Of a stretch of 64,000 nucleotides of DNA, positions 52,743-64,000 are shown piece after piece. Source of the DNA: Leucoraja ocellata (lineage: Eukaryota). The position numbers and the translations under genes are program-made. The stretch spans positions 9,114,001 to 9,178,000 of the forward strand of contig JAWMAR010000001.1 in assembly GCA_036785375.1 (NCBI GenBank), given 5' to 3'. Position 1 is the first letter of the stretch. Every line of letters starts with the position of its first letter. The notes beneath the pieces are model-generated. The model did no database searches. It saw only the letters and a list, made by a program, of their open reading frames with translations, and was not told the origin of the DNA.

Positions 52743-53475
52743 ACCGTTAATTGTCATTTGAACCTCAAATGAAGTTCAAACGAAATTTGGTTTCTGCAGT
52801 CAAACAACAAGAAAAAAACCCAAGACACACAATTTACACAAACATCCATCACAGTGAATCTCCTCCTCACTGTGATGGAAGGCAAAGTAATTCTCTCTCC
52901 TGTTTTCCATTCTTCTCCCGATGTTAAAGCCCCCGGCGGGCGATGGCAATCCCGCGGCCGTTAAAGCCGCGCCGGGCGATGTAAGGCCCCGCTCCGGGTG
53001 GTTTTCAACACTGCAATTTGGGCGGGAGAAGTTTCCATTGCGGGAACTCCGTAAAGCGGTTTCCCACCAGGGACCCGTGAGCTCCCGATGTCACCGTCCA
53101 CCGGGCCTGCGGCAGGAGCCTCCGAAGCTCCGGTCGGGATGCAGCCGCTAGCCACCACAGCTCTCCACGCTCCAAAGCCGGCCAGCTCCACGATGGTGAG
53201 TCCGCAGGCTCCGCGACGAGCCCCCAGGTCGTTCTGGTTGGAGACCGCTCCACGGTGCTAGGCCCCAACGACAACGGAGACACGACGGAAAAGGTCGGGT
53301 CCCCGTACAGGGAAGAGATTTAAAATTTGCCCCCCACCCTCCACATATACACTGCTAAAAACAATATGTAAACTACAACCAAACTATACACTCAACAGGC
53401 CAAAAATTAAAAAAAAGACAGACAGACTGTAGAGGCTGCTGCCGCGAGGCGCCGCCATCTTAACACGTCTGTGTT
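52715..53475 (-). mobile_element. Short non-coding retroposon with (TTG)n tail, probably a Rex1-related non-autonomous element
   Basis: 8-bp TSD AATTACAA (52707-52714 and 53476-53483). Minus-strand 5' end AAGATGGCGGCG; 3' end TGACAATTAA followed by (TTG)n. Confidence 0.7.
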
Positions 53476-54892
53476 AATTACAAACGTCTGTGCAGCCATA
53501 TGTCCAAAACATTATGGTGCCCTGAAATGGGGGGGACTATGTATAAACACATGGTGAAACGAAAATGTATAAAAATACCCTTTAATAAAATCTGACAATG
53601 TGCACTTTAACCACAAGTGATTTTTTTTCTATTACAAATCTCAAATTGTGGAGTACACAGGCAAATAAATAAATGATGGGTCTTTGGCCCACACATTATG
53701 GAGGCACTGTATATTGATTATTGTACTCAACTTCCAAATTGCTGGTGCTTTCCATTAATCCAGGACCCTTTTGGCTAGAAGATACAAGGAACAAGGAACT
53801 GTAGATTTTGATTTACAAAATAAGACAGCGGTGGAGTGACGCTGCAGATAGTATAGGAGAATTAGATAGTTAATGTTTCGGGTCAGAACGTTTGAACAGA
53901 TCTGTCTAAAGAAGGGTCCTGACCCAAAACATCATATAATCCATGTCCTCCAGAAATGCTGCCTGACCCGTTGAGTTTTTCCAGCACTTTGACCCTATTG
54001 ATTTATGCCTTGCATTGGCACAACTAAAGGAAGAATGTCCTTGAGAGAATTTGATTGGTCTTTAAATGTTTTTGATTCATTGTGCAGTGCAGGAATTTCA
54101 ATGTTTTATAACTGCTTTGTTATTTGTTTATTGTCTGCCTTCTGCATGTGCTTAGCTTGCCGCATAGATTGCATGGGAGCACAGGAGCAATATAAATCAG
54201 TAAATTCAACGTGTGTTTCTTGGTTACAGGATTTTGGCCTATTTTAATATATTGAACCAAAAAGCCTTTCCAGTTGAAAGTCCAAAAGAACCCCCAAAAT
54301 TCTTCAAGCTTAGAATATTATTTCCAGTCATTAATATGAAAACATTTTTTCCTCTTGAAGATGGAAGGACTTAATTTAATGTTTACTTAATTTCAAATTT
54401 TTCATGTTTTTGAACAATTATATTTTAACAGTTCATTTCAAAGGGATTCTCAAGAAGTCTCTCCAGAAGGTTGGCAATACCTTAGACAACCTTCTGAATG
54501 GTTTGGCTTATTATTCTTTTTTCAGATCAGTTTTTCTTTTAAGCAGTGAATGATGACAATCTTAAGATGAAGGTGTGTCAGCAGTATGGTGTAAAATTAT
54601 GGACAACGAGAATCATGTCGCTTTTGATCTAGCTGTTATTTTTGAGCGTCTGTATTAATGGTCATTTAGCTCCCCAATGCAGTATTAATAATGTATGTTT
54701 GATAACCTAAAGATGAATTACTGATTTATTTGTTGGTGTAGTCGATTGATGGAACAATATGGATTGTTCGAACACTGAAAATCCCTGGCATTATTTAACA
54801 AAGTCGTAATTTAAAAAAAAATTCAGATGCGCTGGAACATGTCTTTGTCTTGCATTTTAGCAAAATTCCATGCAAAATAAATATTGCTGTGA

Positions 54893-55105
<213 letters not shown>

Positions 55106-56348
55106 TAGAATTTAGTCATAGAATGTCTTTCATTTTGACATTGATGCAGTTATTGATTTACAGTATGTAAAATATATCATGATATTGGTAAAATGTGCAA
55201 GTTGCAAAATGTGGCGAACAATATACCCACATGTTCCACCAATGTGTATTCTATAAGAATAATTTCCACTGGGTTCATGGTAGCCCCCTTTCAAGGTATA
55301 ATTGTTTCATTGCCACTAATGTTGACATTTAGTATCTGTCTAACTTAACATCAATGGGATTTGTCAGGAAGCAGTTGCTGAGGTCAAATTGCATTTTGGT
55401 TGATTAAACTGAATTTTGGTGCATACATGAGAACAGGTTGCTTAGTCCTGCACTTGGATTATATGTTGTAGGTGAAGTTGAAGTGTCAGTGACTTGCTGT
55501 CCTGCCTATCGTGGGAATGGCCAATGCTTCAGAATCTGGAATGATAGATGTCAAGAGTCAAGAGTGTTTTATTGTCATATGTCCCAGATAGAACAATGAA
55601 ATTCTTACTTGCTGCAGCACAACAGAATATGTAATCATTATCAATAATAATATAACAAAAACTCAGAAAAAAAAACAAACAATAACAGTGCAATAATAAT
55701 AATAATAATAGTCTATTGTAGTTCATAGCTTATGAGGTTGTAGTGTTTGATAACCTGATGGCTGTAGGGAAGAATAAAGGACAATAAAGGAAATTCAATT
55801 CAATTCAAGAAGCTGTTCCTGAACCTGGACGTTACAGTTCTCAGGCTCCTGTACCTTCTTCCTGATGGCAGTGGTGAGATGAGTGTGTGGCCAGGATGGT
55901 GTGGGTCTTTGATGATGTTGGCTGCCTTTTTGAGGCAGCGACTACGATAGATCCCTTCGATGATGGGGAGGTCAGAGCCAGTGATGGCCTGGGCAGTGTT
56001 TTTGCAGTCTTTTCCGCTTCTGGACGTTCAAGTTGCCGAACCAGGCCACGATGCAACCAGTCAGTATGCTCTCTACTGTGCACCTGTAGAAGTTCAAGAG
56101 AATCCTCTTTGACATACCGAATCTCTGTAATCTTCTCAGGAAGTAGAGGCGCTGATGTGCTTTCTTTATGATTGCATCAGTGTGCTGGATCCAGGAAAGA
56201 TTGTCGGAAATATGCACACCAAGAATTTGAAATTTTTGACTCTCCAACATCATCCCATTGATGTAAACATAATTGTGGGTCCACAATCTTCCTCTTCCAA
56301 AGTTCACAATCAGTTCTTTGGTTTTGCTGATATGGAGAGCCAGTTGTT

Positions 56349-57067
56349 AAAGAGGGAACTGCAGATGCTGGAGAATCGTAGGTTACACAGAAAAGCTGGA
56401 GAAACTCAGCGGGTGCAGCAGCATCTATGGAGCGAAGGAAATAGGCAACGTTTCGGGCCGAAACCCTTCTTCAGACTGATCAGGGGTGGGGGTGGGTGGG
56501 GACAAGAAAGGGAAAAGGAGGAGTAGCCGGAAGGCTGGAGGGTGGGAGGAGACCGCAGGGGAGCTGAGGAAGGGGAGGAGACAGCAAGGACTAACAGAAT
56601 TGGGAGAAGTCGATGTTCATGCCCCCGGGGTGCAGACTCCCCAAACGGAATATGAGGTGCTGTTCCTCCAATTTCCGGTGCTGCTCGCTGTGGCCATGGA
56701 GGAGACCCAGGACAGAGAGGTCAGAGGCGGAGTGGGAGGGGGAGTTGAAGTGCTGAGCCACCGGGAGGTCAGCTAGGTTATTGCGGACCGAGCGGAGGTG
56801 TTCGGCGAAACGATCGCCCAACCTCCGCTTGGTCTCACCGATATAGATCTGCTGACATCTAGAGCAGCGGACGCAATAGATGAGGTTGGAAGAGATGCAG
56901 GTAAACCTCTGTCGCACCTGGAACGATTGCTTGGGTCCCTGAAAGGAGTTGAGGGGGGAGGTAAAGGGACAAGTGTTGCATCTGCTGCGGCCGCAAGGGA
57001 AAGTGCCCGGGGAGGGGGTGGACCGAGAGGGAAGGGAAGAATTGACAAGGGAGTTATGGAGGGAGCG
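56349..57067 (-). mobile_element. Penelope-like element 3' end: GIY-YIG endonuclease domain plus hammerhead-bearing 3' region
   Basis: ORF 56591-56917 (FTCISSNLIYCVRCSRCQQIYIGETKRRLGDRFAEH...EQHLIFRLGSLHPGGMN). GTTGTT is repeated at both junctions. Confidence 0.92.
56443..56480 (-). ncRNA. Minimal type I hammerhead ribozyme-like motif
   Basis: Minus strand CAGT-CTGAAGA-AGGGTTTCGGCCC-GAAACGTT-GCC: conserved core boxes, a GGG/CCC helix II and a palindromic AACGTT in place of helix III. Helix I is weak. Confidence 0.65.
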
Positions 57068-57803
57068 GTTGTTGTGCTGGCACCATATGGTCAGTCAGTC
57101 AATCTCACTTCTATACTGTGACTCATCACCAAGTGTAATTCGTCCCACAACGGTGGTGTCGTCAGCGAACTTGAAAATTGAGTTTGCACTATGTCCGGCT
57201 ACACAGTTATGAGTATAGAGTGAGTAGAGCAGGAGGCTCAGCACGCAGCCTTGAGGTGCTCCCATACTGATTATCACTGAGGATGAAGTGTTTCTGCCAA
57301 TTCGAACTGTGTGGTGTATGAATAAGGAAGTCGAGGATCCAATTGCAGAGGGATGCGCAGAGGCCCAGCCCGTGAGTTTCATAACCAACTTGGAGGGGAT
57401 GATGGTATTGAATGCCGAGCTGTAGTCTATAAACAACAGCCTGACGTAAGTGTTTTTATTGTCCGAGTGGTCCAGTGCGGAGTGGGGAGCCAGTGAGATC
57501 GCATCCTCCGTGGACCTATTGTGACGGCAGGCGAACTGTAGTAGGTCGAGGTTCATATTACCCCCAAGCTGCTAAATAGACAATTACACAAAATTAATGG
57601 AAAGGAATCGATCAGATGGTCTATCGAACCTATCTGCTGTTATAAAGAGCAGATCTAATGGTAAATTGTTCTTTTCACTGAGTATTATTTGATTCTGTTT
57701 TCTGGTCTGTATCATGTACTTGTGTAGTATGTTAATCTGACTCATTATACTTGATATTACATTTGAGATCAAGCTGAAAATGTTTAACTATCCTGTTTGA
57801 TAG

Positions 57804-58016
<213 letters not shown>

Positions 58017-58019
58017 TGA

Positions 58020-58340
58020 CCTATGCAACCTTTTGATGTCCCAAATGGTGTTGCACCTAATCAAGTGCTTTTGCAATGTTAAGTGCTAAAATGAAGGATA
58101 ACTAACAACCATTTTTTGAGTGAGATCTTATGGTGATGATGAACAGATTTTTTTTGTTTTGTAGTTTTAGCAAAAGAATAAATATAGGTCAGTGTGTTGT
58201 GGATGACTGCTGCTCCTCTTCACAACACTGCCATCAATTTTTTTTACATCCAGCCCAGATTGCCTCATCCAAAAGGCAGCATCTGCTACAATGGAACATT
58301 CCCTCAGGGGTGCATTGGAATGTCTTTGAGGGACACTCAC
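58020..58340 (-). mobile_element. Old degenerate SINE, Deu-domain / SacSINE1-like
   Basis: Motifs GAATAAATATAGGTCAG, TGCCAT..TTTTTACATCCA, CTCATCCAAAAGGCAGCA and TCCCTCAG resemble that family as I recall it. Confidence 0.5.
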
Positions 58341-59890
58341 TTTGAATCAAAATGAATCTGAAAATTCAGATTTGGGTTCAAAAGGGGTTGCATACAGTTC
58401 AAATGCAGAAATGTGGCACAATTTTATAGATACAATCTGCATTTAGATGCAATCTGTCTTGAACAAGGGAAAACATAGTTATAAGATATGGAGTTGATCA
58501 TTAAAAACTGAGGTGTGTGAAAATGTCTTCTTGGAGGGAAGTGAATCGAAGGCCAAATCATAAGTATTTAAGGTGGAGATAGATAAATATTACACAAATT
58601 GAGGAATTTAAGGTTATGTGGAACTGTACAGAAGAGTTGAGGTCAGTACAGTTCAACCATGATCATATTCCAAGGAGGGGCAAATTTGCAGGGCTACTTC
58701 TCCTACTCTACTCTACTATGTCGTCTACTCCTATTTTCTGCCGTTTCATGGGTTTGAATATAAAAGGAATATGCGGAAGTATATTTAATGTACAATTCAA
58801 ATGTTAACATTGTTAAGCATTTTATGGTATGTCTATAGCCTCGGGTTCCGAATTATGATTTAAGTAAGTGTAGGTCATGCATTTGGGGAGCATGCTGCCT
58901 TTTTGCCAAAATTCAGAAAATATCCATGAGCAAACGTCTCTGTGCACCAAGCTTAAGGATCTCGTGTAGTTATTGTGGGAGGTATCTGAAGTATGATACT
59001 ATTTAATTTGACCAAAGTTGTTGTCTGCTGTGGTATGTTGAGTTTGACTGGTAACAATAGAAAATTTCATCTTGCCCGTCCAAAGTTGGAATTGGGCAAT
59101 TCTTAATCAGGATGAATGATAATTTATCTCTGGTTTGTTCCATAATGTTCCACAAAATCCACAATCCGCTGTGCAAAAGATCCCTCAAAGTAGTCGCATT
59201 TTCTTGCACTCTTTCCAGAGCACTGCAGACAGTTCCCTTTCCGTGCTAGATCCATCTTCTTTTGAAAGTACCTGGTGAAATAGCTTTCACCACTCTTGCA
59301 GGCAGAGCATTTCGGATCATGTACCAAGTGAAAACATTTCTCCTCTTCTTGGTCTGGCTTCATTGATAGTTACCTTCTCTTATTGAGTAAATTGTTAAAA
59401 ATCAATGCATTTTGGAAGACAGGAAAATACCACAGAGAAATATCTTAAGGTATTAAGAAACTCATAGTTTCTCCTTGGTTTTCACTGATTACTGTTTTAG
59501 CCAAGTACTAAATATCTAAAGGTAATTTGAAGATGCATTCCAGACACCATTCATTCCATCTTACCATACCATTGGCAAGGGTTGCTCCAATCATATTTAC
59601 AATATTAACTAAATGACTAACAATTTATGCCCTAGATGACGATTTCCATAAAGCAAATTGAACTTTGTGACCTCATTTCATTGATCTGGGGTGGGAATTA
59701 ATAAGCTTTGGCTTCTTCCTGCTCCTTTTCAGACACATATGATTTCATTTATTTAGAGATATTGTTTATGACACTTTATAAATATTTTTGTTTTGTTTTT
59801 TGTATGCTGTTTCACACTTTTTATTCTTTTATTCTGTTCGAAATAAATAATAAAAATTTTTTTTAAAAAAAATCTGTCAGAAAGCAATAA

Positions 59891-60028
<138 letters not shown>

Positions 60029-60031
60029 TAA

Positions 60032-60298
<267 letters not shown>

Positions 60299-60828
60299 TA
60301 ACATTGTGCACCATCCCTATACTAACTACTCAGTCATGTGTGCCTTCTTTTATTCCCTAAAAGCTATGGATAATAGTTGCTGTTTTACCTGCATGGAATC
60401 TTTTATTCAAATCCACGAATAATAGTTTTACAGCATGAAGTGAACCATTAGGCCTGTGTACATTTATTTTCTTATTTTTGTTCCAATTATGGGATACAAA
60501 TGTTTCTGGCAGTGCCACTGAGTGAGGAGGTTAAGAATTAACCACACTGATAGGTCCAGTAGCAGTTCTCCCTGTTTGTTCAACTCCATTTTGTAAGTTA
60601 CTATCAAATCTGGTGCCATCATAGTTGAAGGCATTGCATTTCAGATCGCTGTACGATATGATATATTAGCAAAAGAATCCAGAAGAGATTCATTCGGCTA
60701 ATTCCAGGGATGTGAGGGTTGACCTGTAACAAACGTCTAAAACATTAGATCTGTATTGTTAAGAGTTCAGAAGAATAAGCAGTGTGCTCATTAAAGCATA
60801 TGAGATTCTACGAGGTATGACAGATTAA

Positions 60829-61014
60829 TGCCCCTGTCCCACTTAAGAAACCTGAACGGAAACCTCTGGAGACTTTGCGCCCCACCCAAGGTTTCCGTGC
60901 GGTTCCCGGACGTTGCATGTGGTTGCTGGAGGTTGCAGGTAGTGGAAGCAGGTTGGGAGACTGACAAAAAACCTCCGAGGTTTCCATTCAGGTTTCCTAA
61001 GTGGGACGGGGGCA
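60829..61014. mobile_element. PIF/Harbinger-like MITE (186 bp)
   Basis: TIR TGCCCCTGTCCCACTTA.GAAACCTGAA.GGAAACCTC with its inverse at the right end. TAA TSD at 60826-60828 and 61015-61017. Confidence 0.82.
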
Positions 61015-61604
61015 TAAATATTGAGATGGTTCCAGCCGTATAGGATATCTTAAATAACTATGCATAAAAATAAGCCACTGGTGAAAAATAAGCCACTGGT
61101 GAATGATTTATAAATGCAAATATTTGTTTAATGGTTATCTGAGGGGTAACGTTTTGACACAAAGGGTGGTGGGTGTATGGAACAAGCTGCCAGATGAGGT
61201 AGTTGAGGCAGGGACTATGCAAACATTTAAGAAACAGACGGGTACATGGATAGGACAGATTTGGAGGGATATGGACCAAACGAGGGCAGGTAGGACTCAT
61301 GCAGCTCGGAGATGTTGGTCGGTATGGGCAAGTTGGGCAGAAGAGCCTGTTTCCACACTATATGACTATGGAAAAAAGTAATTTACATAGAAATAATTGT
61401 GTATAAGTTTGTACAGCAATATTCATATTAATCTTAAAGTGTAAAATAGCCTGGACATATGTCATGCATGATTTACTCCTGAAATGCAGTGAGGAAAGCA
61501 TTTGAAGTGACCAGTCAGTGCTCTTACATATGGAATTGAATTATTGGCTGGCACCTAATTCCTAATTCTGTATCCTTTTTTTCATTTTTGGGCCCATTTT
61601 GTAG

Positions 61605-61775
<171 letters not shown>

Positions 61776-61889
61776 TAAATTGCATGGGGTGCTGGTTGGC
61801 CCATGACTTGTTGAGGTCCAGTATATGTGCTGTATGATTTTGCCTTGCTTCACTTTGACTTTGCTGTACTTATGTTCTAAACCTCATAG

Positions 61890-62358
<469 letters not shown>

Positions 62359-62801
62359 GCCTGACTGATGAAGGTCAGCATGCCAAAAGCTTTTTTTACC
62401 ACCCATTCTATCTGTGATGCCAACCTTCAGGGATCTGTCTTGTATCCCTAGAATCCTGTGCTGGTACTAAAGAAGATTCTAAAGAATAAGATATACATGG
62501 ATTTAGAGAGATGGGGATTGATTAGGCATAGTCAGCATAGTTTTGTATATGGGAGAACGTGTTGCATGAAATTGGATTTTTTGAAAAAGTGACCTGTGGC
62601 TATTGTCTGTATACACTTCATTAAGGCCTTTGATAAGGTTCCACATGGTAAACTACTGAAAATAAAACCTCATGTGAATCATAGAGAGCTAGCAAACTGG
62701 ATACAGAATTAGCTTCATGATAGGAGTAATGGTGGAAGGTTTTTTTCAGACTAGAGGCCTGTAACTATTACGGTGCCTCAGGTATCAGTGCTGGGCCCAC
62801 A

Positions 62802-64000
62802 CAGTGCTCTCCATAATGTTTGGAACGAAGAGTCGTCATTTATTTATTTGCTTCTGTACTCCACAATTTGAGATTTGTAATAGAAAAAAATACATGTGGT
62901 TAAAGTGCAAATTATCAGATTTTATTAAAGGCCATTTTTATACATTTTAGTTTCATCATGTAGAAATGGCAGCAGTGTTTATACATAGTGCCCCCATTTC
63001 AAGGCACCATAATGTTTAGGAAACATGGCTTCACAGGTGTTTCTTCTCAGGTATGTTTAGTTGCCTCCTTAATGCAGGTATAAGAGAGCTCTCAGCACCT
63101 CGATTTCCTCTAGTCTTTCCATCACATTTGGAAACTTTTTTTGCTGCTTATCAACATGAGGACTAATGAAAGTCAAAGAAGCCATTATGAGACAGAGATA
63201 TAAGAATATAACTGTTAGAGACACCAGCCAAACCTTAGGCTTACCAAAAACAACTGTTTGAAACATCATTAAGAAGGAAGAGAGCATTGGTGAACCTACT
63301 AATCGCAAAGGGACTGACAGGCCAAGGAAGACCTCCACTGCTGATGACAGAAGAATTATCTCTATAATAAAGAAAAATCCCCAAACACCTGTCTGACAGA
63401 AGACTTCATGAACAGAAATACAGAGGCTACACTGCAAGATGCAAACCATTGGTTAGCCGCAAAAATAGGATGACCAGGTTACAGTTTGCCAAGAAGTACT
63501 TAAAAGAGCAACCACAGTTCTGGAAAAAGGTATTTTGGACAGATGAGACGAAGATTAACTTATATCAGAGTGATGGCAAGTGCAAAGTATGGAGGAGAGA
63601 AGGAACTGCCCAAGATCCAAAGCATACCACCTCATCTGTGAAACACGGTGGTGGGGGTGTTATGGCCTGGGCATGTATGGCTGCTGAATATACTGGCTCA
63701 TTTATCTTCATTGATAGCATAATGAAATCCGAAGTGTATAGACACATCCTATCTGCTCAAGTTCAAACAAATGCCTTAAAACTCATTGGCCGGCAGTTCA
63801 TTCTACAGCAAGACAATGATCCCAAACATACTGCCAAAGCAACAAAGAAGTTTTTCAAAACTAAATAATGGTAAATTCTTGAGTGGCTAAATCAACCACC
63901 CAATCTGAACCCAATTGAGCATGCCTTTTATATGCTGAAGAGGAAACTGATGGGGACTAGCCCCCCAAACAAGCATAATCGAAAGATGGCTGCAATACAG
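62802..64000 (+). mobile_element. Tc1-like transposon, defective, running off the window; same family as 51088-53709
   Basis: CAGTGCTCTCCATAATG TIR. Transposase motifs WTDETK, QQDNDPKH and LNPIEH are present with stops and deletions. It is inserted in a CR1 relic (about 62475-62800). Confidence 0.92.

Larger units (their letters stand above)
51088..53709 (-). mobile_element. Tc1-like DNA transposon, defective, with two nested insertions
   Basis: Long TIRs (AGTACCCTCCATAAT.. / ..ATTATGGAGGCACTG|TA). Transposase fragments WTEETKINL, KHGGGGVMAW, QQDNYPKH and EWPSQ in ORFs 51459-51728 and 51905-52417. Confidence 0.92.
55550..57556 (-). mobile_element. Rex1/Babar-type LINE RT fragment interrupted by a PLE fragment
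   Basis: ORF 57095-57556 has [23 protein letters not shown] and FADDTT. ORF 55972-56307 has KAHQRLYFLRRL and ESILTGCI. Confidence 0.88.

Noticed and set aside
61066-61103. Short perfect tandem duplications (also about 3524-3555, 10702-10729 and 29257-29284)
   Set aside because: These look like ordinary 13-18 bp slippage duplications with no sign of function.
63449-63868. Active or domesticated Tc1 transposase
   Set aside because: A stop precedes the catalytic Glu, there are internal deletions, and the N-terminal region is broken.

Overview
This is eukaryotic (vertebrate) genomic DNA, most likely a cartilaginous fish such as a skate or ray; that inference comes from the repeat content (V-domain HE1-like SINEs, CR1, Penelope-like and Rex1 elements). 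The window lies inside one large + strand gene, neurobeachin-like 1 (NBEAL1). I traced 19 internal coding exons (8229-62049, about 3.13 kb of CDS, about 1040 codons) that splice in consistent phase; the gene start and the PH-BEACH-WD40 end lie outside the window. The gene includes an 81-nt frame-preserving exon that is probably a cassette, one GC-AG intron and a NAGNAG tandem acceptor. The introns are packed with often nested transposons: CR1 LINEs (one near-complete ORF2), an L1-clade fragment, Rex1/Babar LINEs, Penelope-like pieces with minimal hammerhead-ribozyme motifs, two Tc1 transposons, tRNA-derived SINEs, a non-autonomous Helitron, an Academ-like TIR element, Harbinger- and Tigger-like MITEs, and two CpG-rich TIR elements with identical ends but different interiors. 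There is one 214-nt assembly gap. Most ORFs in the supplied track are repeat-derived or spurious. I found no prokaryotic system or CRISPR array and nothing I can show to be a new biological system. The best leads are the hammerhead-bearing repeats, the cargo-variable TIR elements and candidate extra exons. Family and orthology calls come from motif recognition and memory, not database searches.
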